Shown: piece by piece, positions 14,574 through 30,262 of the stretch
Layout: each line of letters begins with the position of its first letter
Position numbering within the stretch: the stretch's first letter is position 1
DNA from: an uncultured Acidobacteriota bacterium
Lineage (GTDB): Bacteria; Acidobacteriota; Thermoanaerobaculia; UBA5066; Gp7-AA6
Length of the DNA stretch: 64,000 bases
Assembly: GCA_963811425.1 (NCBI GenBank)
Contig: CAWERV010000011.1
Span: forward strand, 41,219-105,218
Direction of reading: 5' to 3'
The notes under the pieces: model-generated
What the model was told of the DNA's origin: nothing
The model's input: only the letters and a program-made list of their open reading frames with translations
Databases searched by the model: none
Position numbers and translations under genes: made by a program

Positions 14574-15026
14574 ATGGCGAAAACCGAGGAATATCCGGGT
14601 ACTGCGTCCGCGCGCGCGCGCGCATCCTCATCGTCGAGGACAACCCGCTCAATCGCCTGCTCATCCACGACATCCTCGAGCTGCGCGGACACGAGGTGGT
14701 CGAGGCGGCGACGGTCGACGAGGCGCGCGCGGCTGCTCGAGACCGCAGCGCCCCGATCTGCTGCTGCTCGACGTGCAGATCCCGGGCGGCGGCGGCGAGG
14801 CGGTCATTCGCGAGGTGCGCAAGCGGCGCGAGCTCGCCGAGCCTGCCGATCGTCGCGGTGACCTCGCTGGCGATGCCGGGCGATCGCGAGCGGCTGCTCA
14901 GCATCGGGTTTCAGGGCTACCTGTCGAAGCCGATCGACACGCGCACCTTCGGCGCCGCGATCGAGGCGTTTCTCGAAGCCCGCCGACGAGGTGCGAGGCA
15001 AACGGCATGTCCGCCGCCACGGTTGA
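14574..15026 (+). CDS. Single-domain response regulator (REC)
   Basis: Reads ILIVEDNPLNRLL, DLLLLDVQIPGGGG, LPIVAVTSLAMPGD and GYLSKP. About five frame breaks. The stop is inferred at TGA 15024-15026. Confidence 0.7.
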
Positions 15027-16252
15027 AACCCCGGCCACGATCCTGGTCGTCGACGACAACCTCCAGAACCGGGAGGTGGCCGAGGGGCACCTGGTGGGCG
15101 CCGGCTACCAGGTCGATCCAGGCCGAGAGCGGCGAGGAGGCGCTCGCCGATGCTCGAGGCGCGCCGGCCCGACCTCGTGCTGCTCGACGTGCTCATGCCG
15201 GGGATCGACGGGTTCGAGACCTGCCGCCGGATCCGCCTGCTGCCCGGCGGTGGGCGACACGCCGATCCTGTTCCTGACCGCGCTCGGCGATCTCGGCACC
15301 CACAAGGCGGCGCTCGATTCGGGCGCCGACGACTTCCTCACCAAGCCGCTCAACCGCACCGAGCTGCTCATCCGCGTGCGCTCGCTGCTGCGGATCAAGC
15401 AGCTCGGCGACGAGCTCAAGCGCAACTACGACGTCATCCGCTCGCAGCGCGACGCGCTGCTCGCCGCCCAGCGCCAGAAGGAAGAGCTGACGGCGCTCAT
15501 CGTCCACGACCTCAAGAATCCGCTGTCGAGCATCCTGTCGAACGCGCAGTACGTGCTCGGCCGGAGCGGCGCTCGGCCGGCGACGACCGCGACGCGCTGC
15601 GACGACGTCGTGCGCGCGTCGCAGTCGATGGTGCGCCTGGTGATGAACCTGCTCGACGTCTCGCGCAGCGAGGACGGCGCGCTCGTCCCGCACGTGACCG
15701 AGTTCGACCTGCCGACCCTGCTCGGCGAGGTCTGCTCGGAGATGGAGCGGCGGGTCGAGGACAAGGACCAGCAGCTCGCGCTCGCGGTGGCGGCCGGGGT
15801 CGAGCCGCTGCGCGGCGATCGCGACTTCGTGCGCCGCATCCTCGAGAACCTGATCGACAACGCCTACAAGTACGGGCCGCGCCACGCCACGATCACGCGT
15901 CGAGGTCCGGCCGGCGGTGATGGACGACGGCGCCGAGCCCGGGGTCGAGATCCGCGTGCGCGACGAGGGCGAGGGCATTCCCGCCGCGTACCGCCAGCTC
16001 ATCTTCGAGAAGTACGGGCGCGTCGACGGGCGGCCGGCCAACGAGGCGCGCAACAGCCACGGCCTCGGGCTGGTGTTCTGCCGGCGCGCCGTCGCCGTGC
16101 ACGGCGGCGCGATCTGGGTCGAGGACGGCGGCGGGCGCGGGCGGCTGCTTCTGCGTGCGGCTTGCCGGTCGCGCGGCTGCCGCTGCGAGCGCCGCGCCGT
16201 CGCGGGAGCGCCGCGCGTGCGTCGCGACAAGGGCAACTTCGCCTTCGGGTAG
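15007..16252 (+). CDS. Hybrid REC-HisKA-HATPase sensor kinase
   Basis: REC domain: ILVVDDNLQNREV, DLVLLDVLMPGIDGFE and DFLTKP. H-box IVHDLKNPLSSI. N-box LIDNAYKYG. G-boxes DEGEGI and GLGLVF. Confidence 0.8.
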
Positions 16253-16254
16253 CC

Positions 16255-18874
<2,620 letters not shown>

Positions 18875-19970
18875 CCGCGAGCTCGTCGGTCGCGCGCGCG
18901 CCGATGCTCCCCTCGTAGGCGCCGGGGTGCGGGCCGTGGATGACGCCGGCCGGGTGGTGCGAGAGGCTGCCCGGGCCGACCCCCTTGCGCGAGGTGAAGC
19001 TGCCCGCGCGCGTAGAAGATGATCTCGTCGCAGCCGACCGAGGAGTGCGGGTAGGGGCAGGGGATGGCCTGCGGGTGGAAGTCGAGCGGGCGGGGGACGA
19101 AGCTGCAGATGAGCGCGCCGCGCGTCGCGAACGTGCCGTGGACGGTGGGCGGCAGGTGGACCAGGCCCACGCGCGGCTGGAAGCGCAGGATCGGGAACGC
19201 CCACGGGTAGACCGTCCCGTCCCAGCCGACGACGTCGAGCGGCGAGTGCGGATAGCGGAAGCCGTGGAAGGCGTCGCTGCGCTTGACGACCAGATCGCGC
19301 AGCCCCTCGTCGCGCGGGCCGGCGAACATCGGGCGCCGGAAGTCGCGGTGGCTGTAGGGCGCGTCCATGCGGAGCTGGCCGACCTCGTTGCGCCACTGCC
19401 GGGGCAGGCCGAAGCCGCTCGCGCACTCGATCGACAGCCAGACCTGCGGGCCGCTCGTCGGGGACGAAGCGGTGCAGGAGGCCCTTCGGGCACGAACACG
19501 TAGTCGTTGGCCGCGAAGCGCGACGTCGCCGAGCGGCGAGCGCAGGACGCCGCCCCCCTCGACGCACGAAGAAGAGATCGTCGCCGTCGCCGTTGGCGAA
19601 GTAGACCGGATCGGGCTCGTCGGGGTGGACGATCGAGATGACGACGTCGTCGTTGAACAGCAGCGGCACGCGCGCGTCGAGCGGCGGGCCGCCCCGGCGG
19701 GGCAGCTCCTGCGAGCGGTAGTGGCGGCGCGCCAGCGGGCGCGTCTCGTCGTCGGCCGCGCTCCGGGAGCTCCCAGCCGTGCGCCGCGGTCGCGAGCGCC
19801 GCCGTGTGCGGCGCGCTCGAGCGTGGTACAGGATGGTGAACGGCCCCTCGAAGCCGTCGCGGGTGAGGCACTCCTCGTGGCGCAGCCGCCCGCCGTCGTC
19901 GCGCAGCGCCGTGTGCGGCTTGTCCGGGACCGTGCCGGCCGTCATTCGATCGAGCATCGCGTCCTCCGCT

Positions 19971-21170
<1,200 letters not shown>

Positions 21171-21288
21171 ACCGTCAATGATAGCGCCTGTTCGATCGGG
21201 CGGGGCCGCGATCGCCGTTCCAAGAAGGTGGCGCTCGAGGCCGACTGGCCCGATAATCGCCGCCAATCCCACCCCCCGGAGGACCAGG

Positions 21289-22179
21289 ATGACGAACCGA
21301 ACAGCCCCCTTCTTGACGGCCTCGACCCTCGGGCTCGCGCTGCGGGTGGCCTGCGGCGCCGCGCGCGCGGAAGGGCTGGTGGTCCCGAAGAAGGAGCCCG
21401 CGGCCGGGCGCCGAGGCGCCGTCGTCCCCTCGGCCCCCGCCAACTGGATGCAACTACAACGCTCCGGCCGCTCACGCTTCGAAGGGGATGCTCGGCATTC
21501 ACGGCGACCTCGTCTCCAACATCTCGACGCCACCAGGTCCGGCGGCGGTAAGCCGGTCTGGATCACGCCGAACGTCTTTTACGGCGTCACCGATCAGCTC
21601 AGCGTCGGCATCGCCGAGAACCCCCAGGCCGAGTTTCTCCCGACGCGGAGGCGGCCTCTGCCTCGGCTCGAGCGCGTACTGCGCGAAGGTGCTCAACTAC
21701 CTCGGCCCGACCGCGCTGCTCTCGTTCGCGCGCACCGAGCCCATGGAGATCGCCGGTCACGCCGGCCTCGACTTCGGCCTTCAGCCCGATGGCAGCTCGG
21801 CGTGCGCGCCGGGGCGCTGATGAAGTTCGCGATCAACGGTCCGGTCGCGTCGATGGCCGACCCGACCGTCGCGGTCGGGATCAACCGACCGTGACGCTCG
21901 GGCAACAAGGAAGCCCTCTACGTTCCCGTCCGGCGTCGGCTTTCAGGCCAACCCCCAGATCAACGCCGGGCTCGTCATCGGGCGTCAACGGGCCGCCGTC
22001 GACGGTTTCGCCGACGCCTTCGCCATCCCCGTCGGGCGTCGGCGTTCTCGCCGACGCCCAACGACAAGCTGGACGTGGGGCGAACTTCACCTTCACGAAC
22101 CTCGCCGGCAAGCACGCGCCCGGCGCCGGCGCCGCTCGACGGCCGCACCATCGCGCTGACGGTCAACTACCGGCTCTGA
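21289..22179 (+). CDS. Secreted, possibly outer-membrane beta-barrel-like protein
   Basis: SD CCGGAGGA. Signal peptide MTNRTAPFLTASTLGLALRVACGAARAEG. Ends ...RTIALTVNYRL. No family recognised. Confidence 0.45.
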
Positions 22180-22190
22180 GATCGACCGCG

Positions 22191-22552
22191 TCACCGGGCG
22201 CAGCGCCGTGACGCGGCGCAGTGCGCCGCGGCGCGAGCCGACGGCGGCGATCGCGACGCCGAGGCAGGCGACCGCGAACAGGAAGTTCATCCAGTTGACC
22301 CAGGCGGGCTGGTGCTCGGGCCATGCCGACGATCCAGACCGACGCCGAGGCCGAGGCCCGAGCACGGCGGGACCGACGGCGCGCGGCCGGGCTGTCTCCC
22401 GCTTCGTCGACGAGATTCCGGCGATGCCGAACGCCAGCACGGCCGCGACGGCGTCGAACCAGAGCATCGTGGCGCGAGCGATCCTGGCTGAGGCCGAACC
22501 ACCAGACGATCGCGAGGCCGAGGCCGATCAGGAGCGAGCTCTTCCGCACCAT
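22191..22552 (-). CDS. Small multi-TM membrane protein
   Basis: Reads MVRKSSLLIGLGLAIVWWFGL, MLWFDAVAAVLAFGIAGI and WMNFLFAVACLGVAIAAVG. The stop depends on the frame (22093, 22163 or 22191). Confidence 0.4.
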
Positions 22553-23992
22553 GACGCGCCTCCTGATGCGAATCATGGCCACGATCGCGAGACCCAGAGT
22601 AGAGCGACCGCCGAGCCGGAGGTTGCGGCTCGATCGCAGCGCCGCGACGGCACAGCCGCCGCCCGAGGACCCCGCCGGATGCGCCGCCGCCCGCGCGCCG
22701 CCCCCGGCTGCGCCGGCGGCGCGCGCCGCGCCGTCCCCGGTCCCTCCGCCTCCGCTCGAGCCCGCCCGCGTCCCCGGTGCCCGCGCCCGTGCTCCCGCCA
22801 GCCCCGGTCGTGGTCGGCGGATTCGCGGTGCAGACGCGTCGTCGTCCCAGATCATCGCCCGGCGACATCGTGCCCGATGCCGGCGAGCACGTCGCAGCTC
22901 GCCTGGCACTGGGCGTTGCCGCGCAGGCAGGCGACGATCGCCTGGATCTCGCCGTAGGACATCACCGGCTGCCAGGTCGTCCCCTCGTCGCTCGAGCTCG
23001 CCGAGCGCGTACCCGACGCCGAAGTTGTCCGTCGCCGCGTAGACGATCCCGCTCGCGCTGCGACAGCGCGCGGATGGCGGGGCTCGGCGACCTGCGCGAA
23101 GGTCGCTCCGCCGTCGTGCGAGCGGAAGAGGGCCGGCATCGATGCCGCGAGTCGACCAGTCGCGCCGAGCAGCAGCGTCCCGTCGGGCAGCCGCACGAAC
23201 GAGGTGAAGTGCCCGTGATCGTGAGCGGCGCCGTCGCCGTCGACGCCGCCGTCGCGGGTCACCGCGATCGCCTGGTTCGTCGGACGCCCAGCAGGCGCAG
23301 GAGCACGACGTCCGGGATCGGTCGGGATCGACGGCGATGATGCGCAGGATGCCGTTGCCGAGGCCGGCGGTCAGGTCGGTGACCGTCCAGGTGCGCGCCG
23401 CCGTCGGTCGAGCGGGCCAGCTTCGGGTTGTCGTGTCGGCGCTGGTCAGCGACAGGTAGACGGTCTGGGCGGTCGAGCGCGCGATCTCGACGCCGTTGAT
23501 CGCGTCACCGCCGCGTCGCCTGATAGAGCATCGTGCGTCGAACGTCGTTCCGCCGTCGCGTCGATGCGAAGACGCCTGTAGACCGTGCTCGCGATCCCGA
23601 TCGCGAGCACGCGGTTGGCGTTGGTCGGATCGGGGAAGAAGTCGGTGATCGACTGGCCGGTGACGATGCCCGCCGCGCGATCTGCCAGCTGCAGCTCGCC
23701 GTCGTCGGAGTAGACGACGCTGCTGGTTGGCGACCGCGAACAGGCGGTGGCGGGGCGGCGGGCCCAGCTGGTAGAGCATCGCCGAGCGCGTTCCCGTCCT
23801 GCTCGCACGACCAGCTCCAGGACTGGCCGCCGTCCTCGGAGATCACCAGCCCGAAGTTGGTGGGCAGGATGAGCTCCTGCGGCCGATCGGCGGGCGTCAG
23901 CACGCTCTGCGAATCGGGGAACGCCCCGTGGCGCGCGCGCGCGCCCGGGGAGCGCGCGCCGACAGCAGCGCAGCGGCGAGCGCGAGCAGCAT
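22528..23992 (-). CDS. BNR/sialidase-like beta-propeller protein with a MYXO-CTERM-like tail
   Basis: BNR-type motifs ISEDGGQSWSW, SHDGGATF and SSDEGTTWQP. Tail reads GGGCAVAA...TLGLAIVAMIRIRRR. The start is ATG 23992 (TGATG junction), or alternatively 24048. Confidence 0.6.
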
Positions 23993-25823
23993 CAGCGAGC
24001 GCGCCGCACGCCTCGACCTTCGGCGCGCGATCGACCCCATCATGACCATCGCAAGCCCGCGAGCGCGGCCCAGATCCCGGCGCGCCGGCGCCGCCCGCGC
24101 TCGCTGTCGCACGCGCAGCCGCCCGTCGCGCCCGTCTGTCCGCTCGTCCCGCCGCGCCGGTCCGCTCCGGTTCCGGTGCGTGCCCGCGGTGCCCGGTCGC
24201 CGCGTCCCCGTGGTGCCGCTGCGCCGTCGCCCCGCGGTGCCCGTCTCCGCGTGGTGCCGGCGGTGCCCGCTCCCGGCGGTGCCGCGGTGCCTGCGTCCGG
24301 TCGTGCCGGCGGTGCCGGCTCCGGTCGTGCCCGCCGTGCCCGTGCCCCGTCGTGCCCGCGCTGCCGTCCCGGTCGCCCGCGCTGCCCCGGTCCCGCGCCG
24401 CCGCGTCCCGGCGGTTCCCGTCGCCCGCCGCGCCGCCTCGTCCCCGGTGCCCGTGGTGCCGCCCCTGCCGCCGCGCCGGTGCCGCCGCGTCCGCCGCGCC
24501 CGTGGTCCCCGCGGTGCCGGTGCTGCCGCCGGTGCCGCTGCCGCCGCCGCTGAGCGGCCCGCAGCTGGTGGCGTCGGGCCCCGGCGCCGAGAACGCGCGT
24601 GCCGTCGACGCAGGTGCTGGCGCCGGTGCCGGCGGTCGTGATCGTGACGTTGGCGCTGCTCGAGTCGATCGAGTTGACCGTGACCGTGAAGCCGCCCGAC
24701 GGATCGCTGTAGCTCTTGCCCGCGGTCAGCCCCGCGTCGTTGAGCGTCGAGGTGGCCGCGTTCATGTCGAGCAGGTAGACGTACGGCGCCGCCCGGGTCG
24801 GCGTGGGGAGGTCGGGGCCGATCGATACCAGCACCATCGGTCCAAGGCCGGCGTCGAACCCGAGCGGCGCGCGCATCTCGAGGTAGTAGTGGGTCAGCAT
24901 CGGCCCCGTTCCCTGGCGATCGCCCGCGGCGGGCGCGGCGCGGGTCTTGGGCGCCGGGATCTGGACCAGCTGCACGCCGTTGCACGGGAGCTCCTGCGGC
25001 ACCAGCGTGATCGTGGTGGTGGCGGGGGCCTTGACCACGTTGCAGCCGCCGATCCAGCCCTCGTTGTACTTGTGGTACGCGGACGGGTGGTGCGCGCCGT
25101 TGCCCATGAAGCGAGAGCGCGTTGCCGTACTCCTTGTGCGTGCACTGCGGCGGTGTTGTCGAGGAACGTGACGTTGCCGGTGCAGTTCATGATCGGCTCG
25201 TGCGTCATGCCGAAGTTGTGGCCGATCTCCTGCGCGTAGCCGACGATCTGGTGGAACGAGTAGCTCGAGTAGGTCGCGATCTTGTTCGGCGATCCCTCGT
25301 CGCCCCAGGTCCCGCAGTTCGCGCCCGCCGGGATGGCGCCGTAGACCCAGAAGTAGTGGTTGAAGGTCTTGCCGAGGCCGCTGATCAGCGACGCCACCGT
25401 GGCGCCGTTGCCGGTCTGGTCCGACGACGGGCCGCAGCAGGCGATGGTCAGGCAGTCGTGCACGGGGAGCGTGTAGGGGCCGAAGTACTCGGGCGCGGTG
25501 TCCTGGATGCCGTACGAGATCTCCTGGTACATGTGCCGCTGCGACGAGCCCGTCCCGCCGATGACGTTCATGATGTTGGTCGCGTTGGGCGCGCCGCCGC
25601 CGATGTCGAACATCATCGCGGCGATGGTCCGCGGCGCCTTGGTCGGCGCGGTCATGAGCGCCCCCTGCGACGTCCAGTCGGTCGGGTTGTCGGCCCCGGA
25701 CGGCACCTCATCCTCCTCGCAGGCGCCGAGCGCCCCGCCCGTCAGGGCCAGGGCCATGGCCCAGGCGAGGCGACGGGCCAGTCTCGGCAGGGGGGCGGGC
25801 TCAATCCTGACGCGGTCTGACAT
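23992..25823 (-). CDS. Secreted metalloprotease-like lipoprotein (gametolysin/M11-like?) with a G/T linker and MYXO-CTERM-like tail
   Basis: Lipobox LTGGALGAC. Zincin-like QEIGHNFGMTHE. Reads YHKYNEGWIGGCN and YYLEMRAPLGFD. GT-rich linker. Tail reads GGCACDS...GLAMVMMGSIARRRSRR. Confidence 0.6.
24150..24552. repeat. G/T/A-codon periodic array (linker) inside the metalloprotease gene
   Basis: Repeated ggtgcc/gtgccg-type 9-nt units. They encode GTGG/GTAG runs on the minus strand. Confidence 0.6.
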
Positions 25824-25885
25824 GGGCGGGCTCCTGGGCTGGCCGGCTGGGCCGATGGGGCTGCCACGCGCTCCGCGCGGCTGGC

Positions 25886-26564
25886 CTAGATGTGAATGCC
25901 CGCGCCGAGCCCGATCTGGAAGAAATTCGACGACGCCTTGGATTCCGTGCCCAGGGCCGCGATCGTGATCTTCTGGAAGCCCAGCTGGTAGCCGAGCTCG
26001 GCGCTGACGAAGAAGTTCGCGACCACGTCGTAGAGGGCCGCCGGCGTGGAAGCCGACGACCGGGCCCTTCGCGCTGTCGCCCTGGGGCGGGAAGATGATC
26101 GAGAAGCCGGGCGAGACGTAGCCGTAGACGTAGACCCGCTCCGCGACCGAGCCGCCGCCGCCGATGCGCAGCATGAGGTCGAGCTCCTTGTCCCCGTCGC
26201 CCGTGGCATCCCTTGGCCTTCACGCCGAAGATGTAGCTCGGGGCCGAGGCCGACGAAGACGTGGGGATTGGGCCGGAAGTCGAGCGTCGGCATGACCCCG
26301 AACGCGAACGCGCTGTCCGTCGACGTGTCCGCGCCGAGGAGGTTGTTCTTGAGGGAGCCGAACGGCATCGGCACGATCGTGATCCCGAGCCGCATCTTGC
26401 TCCCCGCGCTCGCCGCGGCGGCGGGCCTCGCCGCCCGCGCGGTGGGCGGCGTGGCGGCGGGATCCGGGGCCGGGGGCGGCGGGGGCGCCCTCCGCTCGCG
26501 CGAGCGACGGCGCCAGCAGGCCCGCCACGCCGAGCATCACCGAACAGAACGCTTTGACCGTCAT
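25886..26564 (-). CDS. Small outer-membrane beta-barrel-like protein
   Basis: Signal peptide MTVKAFCSVMLGVAGLLAPSLARAEG. Reads VSAELGYQLGFQKITI and ends ...FFQIGLGAGIHI. Confidence 0.55.
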
Positions 26565-26625
26565 GGCATCCTCCGGCGGCGAAGATCCCTCGGTTGTCGC
26601 CGTTGTGGAAGTGCAAAAATGCTCT

Positions 26626-27219
26626 TCACGGCTCGCCGAGGCAGTGGCGCTGGACGAAGCGACGCAGGATCGAACCGCGCTCCCTGTCGTCGTAGCGCTT
26701 GCCGGCGGCCGCGGACGCCGCGCCGGGATGCTCCAGGCAGTCGGCGATGACCCGATACCCTTCGAGGAGCTGATTCGGATCCTCGGGGAACTCTTGCTGG
26801 TAACGGGTCGAGAAGCTTTCGCACGCCCGGGCCGTCTTTCACGTCCATCGCCCCGAACAGCTCGCCGATGAGCTGGTTCTCGCGGAAGATCCGTTCGTGA
26901 CGGGGCGTGAGCGGGTGGGGGGCGACCCGCGTCCGGGCGGGGGTCGTCGTTTCGGCGCGGGTGACGAGCGGGGCGCTCGTCGGCGGTGGGCAGCGGCCGG
27001 GCGTCACGTCGGCGATCGCCGGCGGCACCTCGGCGGGTGATGCGGGCGGCGCGGCTGGCCTCTCGGCAGGGGTGGGCTGCTGCGAGACCCTCGGTGGTCG
27101 GCGGCGGGCGTGGGCTCCCGGTTCTCGAAGGCGCAGCCAGGCCCCGAGCCCAAGACGAGCGAAAGCACCGCCGGCAGCAGGAAGGCCCACCGGCGCGTCG
27201 AGCTGCCGCTGCCCTTCAA
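26626..27219 (-). CDS. Hypothetical lipoprotein
   Basis: TTG start. Signal and lipobox WAFLLPAVLSLVLGSGPGC. The C-terminal part reads HERIFRENQLIGELFGAMDVKDG and YRVIADCLEHPG. Confidence 0.45.
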
Positions 27220-27220
27220 A

Positions 27221-28641
27221 TCACTTCGTGACGGTCCAGGTCACCGTCTGCTGCGATCGCGGCCAGGCCGTGCGGCTGCAGTACGATGCCCGTGACCGAG
27301 GCGGGGCAGGTGCCGGACTTGTAGCGAACCCAGTCGGTCGTCGCGTTGTCGTAGGCCTTGGCGCGAGATGGTGTGGCTCCCGGCGGCGAGCGTCGACGTG
27401 TCGAACGTGGTCCCGCGCGTTCGTCATCGTGGTGCCGTCGACCGTCCAGTCGACGCTGATGACCGCGGGGTCGATGACGTTGACCTTGAGCACGCCCGGG
27501 TTGCTGACCGCTCCGGCCGGCGGCTCGGTCGAGTCGATCGGCATCACGTAGCGCCAGATGCGTGAAGATCGATCTGCTCGCGCGAGACCGAGTTGAAGCT
27601 GGTGTTCACGTTGGTCCCGAACAGGCTGTTCATCATCGAGTTCGCCGACGGCCGGTACTGGCCGCGCGATCGCGACGTAGCGGCTGCCCGCCCAGGTCCC
27701 CTGGAGGCCGGTCGCGTCGGCCTGCGTTGTAGCCCGATCCACATGTCCCACTTGCCGTCGGTGGTCACCGGATTCCGCGGCCGAGTTGACCTCCGCGTAG
27801 ACGGTCCCGACGGTCCCGCTGCCCATCGTGTTGGTGCCGCAGTTGCCGCCCGGTGCAGGTGCCGTACTCGTCGGCGAGCTGGTGGAAGCCGTGCCCGCCT
27901 TCGTGCATCGCCGCCCTTCGGGGCCGTCGGGGTTGCCGCCCGACCAGAGCATCCAGACCGAGCCCGGTGTTCCACCAGCGGTTGTTGTTGAGCACGATGG
28001 AGTGCCAGGCGACGGTCATGCCCGGCGGGGTGTTGGCGGTGAGCTGCTGTTGCGCCACCTGCGTGTTGCAGGTGGCGAGCCGGCTCGTGTCGTCGCCCGT
28101 AGCAGCTGAAGAGTCGCGTCGGAGCTCCGTCTGGCCGATGCCGTCGTTCTGGCTGACGGTCTTGAACAGACAGATGTTGACGAAGTTCTTGTACCGGATG
28201 TACGGCTCCGCCCACCGCGGATCGTTGAACGCGCGGCCATCGCGTTCGTGATGTGGGTCTGGAGCGTCGTGTCGACGGTCGTCGACGGTGTAGCCGTCGG
28301 CGAGGATCACGTAGTTCACGCGGTTCTTCGGTGGTCCCGGCGTTGAAGATCGACCTGGCCGATCGGGCCGCAGTCGAGCGCGGCCAGCACGGGGCTGCCG
28401 CCGGCGCCCGTCCGCGCCGCGCTCCGGTCGTGCCCGCCGTGCCGGTGGTGCCGCCCCTGCCGGTGGTGCCGGCAGCGCCGTGCCGGTTGTGCCCGCGGTG
28501 CCGGGACCTCCGCTCGTCCCCGGCGCCGGAGCTGGCGGTGCCGCCCGCGCCGGTCCCGCCGACGCCGGATTCGCTCGCACAACCTCCGACCAGCAGGAGG
28601 CCCCCGAGAGCCGCGGTCGCCCACGATCCGCACGTCCTCAT
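27221..28641 (-). CDS. Peptidase M64 (IgA-peptidase-like) lipoprotein
   Basis: Lipobox GGLLLVGGC. GT-rich linker. Reads NRVNYVILADGYT and MHEGGHGFHQLADEY. The C-terminal beta domain ends TVTWTVTK. Confidence 0.8.
28392..28570. repeat. G/T/A-codon periodic array (linker) inside the M64 gene
   Basis: Repeated ggtggtgccgg-type units. They encode GTTGTAGTTG-like peptide on the minus strand. Confidence 0.55.
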
Positions 28642-28713
28642 GGTCTCGTGTATGTCCGCGGACCGAGGCGGCTGTGGTCTGCCGCTGGTACAGAGGCCGC
28701 GGAGCGGTCACGC

Positions 28714-29538
28714 CTACGGGCAGCGCGGGCGCCAGGCGTCGTCGGGCATGGTCTCGCCGACCAGGCCGACCAGCGTGGGATCGTAGCCCTTGAGCTCCGC
28801 GCGCGTGTTGATCTGGTTGTCGGGCCCCGAGGTGGGCGAGGTCCACGGCGTAGGCGTCGAACCAGTTCAGCACCCCCATCGCCGTAGTACGCAATCTCGT
28901 CGGCGGTCGCGAACGTGCTCTGCCAGAGGCCGGCGTTCTTCGCGTCGTCGAAGGCCGTCTGCAGCCGGCCGTTGAAGCTCGCTGTCGACCGCCTCGACGC
29001 CGAGCAGGACGCTGCTCGAGAAGGTCTCGCACGAGCACGCTCTCGCCGGCGTAGGGGTCGTCGGGCAGACAGAGGATGTTCTCCTCCCCGAACGAGCTGA
29101 CCGGGCGCGCGAGGGTCGCGCCCACGCCGCGCAGCGAGTCCCAGTCGACCCCGGGGAACGCGGAGTAGAGATTCCTGTACTCGGGGAGGTCGGTCGTCAC
29201 CTCGCTCGGTGGCGATGACCGCGACGCGCATCCCCTGGGCGATCATCGTCTGGCGGACGTCGTCGCGCTTGTCGAGCATGTGCACGACGGCGAGGCAGGC
29301 CTGGACGAGGGCCGCGTCGGCGGGACCGGCTCGAGGCGAGCGACCGGGATCCCGTTCGCGTCGAGGTACTGGGCGTAGAAGGGATCGAGCCGAGGTCGCG
29401 GGCGGCGCGGCCGGCGTCGCGTGGCAGGTCTGCCGACCTGTCGCTGCCGATGTACTTGGTCTTGCCGGCGTCGCAGCCGCCGGGCCAGCGGCGCCCCGAG
29501 GACCACAGACGCCGAAGCGAGCGCCGACCGGGGCGCAT
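28714..29538 (-). CDS. Hypothetical lipoprotein
   Basis: GGCDAGKTKYIGSD follows a signal-like N-terminus. Reads DPFYAQYLDANGIPV, VHMLDKRDDVRQTMIAQGMRVAVIA, LPEYRNLYSAFPGVDWDSLRGVG and NQINTRAELKGYDP. I could not reconstruct any HExxH motif. Confidence 0.5.
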
Positions 29539-29549
29539 GACACGGCCGA

Positions 29550-30262
29550 TCAAGGGGCGTTGCGGGCGGGCCGCGCCGGACCGACGCACGAGCCATCCAC
29601 GCGCGCGGCGAGCGGGCGACCGCGACCAGCGCGCCCGAAAGCGTCGCGCCTCGGCGCGGGCGGCGTCCATCGCGCCCGGCCGCGCAGAGGGTGAGGATGC
29701 CGGTCACCGCGCGCTCCTCGGCGAGGATCCCGGTCCGCGCGCGGTGGTCGTAGTCGTCGAGCAGCGCCAGCGCGCTGGCGACGTCGCGGTGGGCGAGCGC
29801 GGTGTTGGCGGCCCCGAGCAGCGCCGTCTCCTGGGCGAGCGCCGAGGTGTTGTCGACGGGCGCGGCCGCGTGCGCGTGCCGGCGCGGGGCCGGCGCGGGA
29901 GCCAGCGGCGCAGGCGCGACGATCGGTGCCGGTCTCTCGGCCGGCGGCGGCAGCGGGCGCGCGGCGCGCGATCGGCGCGGTCGCGTGGATCGGCTGCCGG
30001 GCGCGGCGCCCGGTGCGGAAGCGCGTAGATGCCCGCGCCGACCACGGTGGTCACGGTCGCCACCACGAGCGTGAGCTTGGCGGCGCCCGCGAGCGCGGAC
30101 GACGCGGGGCCGAGCGCGAGGCCCAGCCCCGCCGCCAGCTTGACCTCGACGCCCCGGCGGACGCGCGCGCGGTTGAGCTCGTTCGGCTCGTGCGCCGCCG
30201 CGGGCGGCGTCGATGAGCGCGCGCGTCTCGTCGCCGAGCGCGGGATGGCTCCGAATCCTCAT
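29550..30262 (-). CDS. Anti-sigma factor (single TM)
   Basis: ATGA overlap with the ECF sigma stop. TM segment KLTLVVATVTTVVGAGIYA. The periplasmic part reads ALAQETALLGAANTALAHRDVASALALLDDY. Confidence 0.6.

Noticed and set aside
28714-29538. A possible HExxH metallopeptidase motif in the lipoprotein downstream of the anti-sigma factor (around ESVLV...).
   Set aside because: No combination of single-base corrections at 29020-29050 gave an HExxH motif. The best readings are VLVxETFSSSVLLG. The gene is therefore left as hypothetical.
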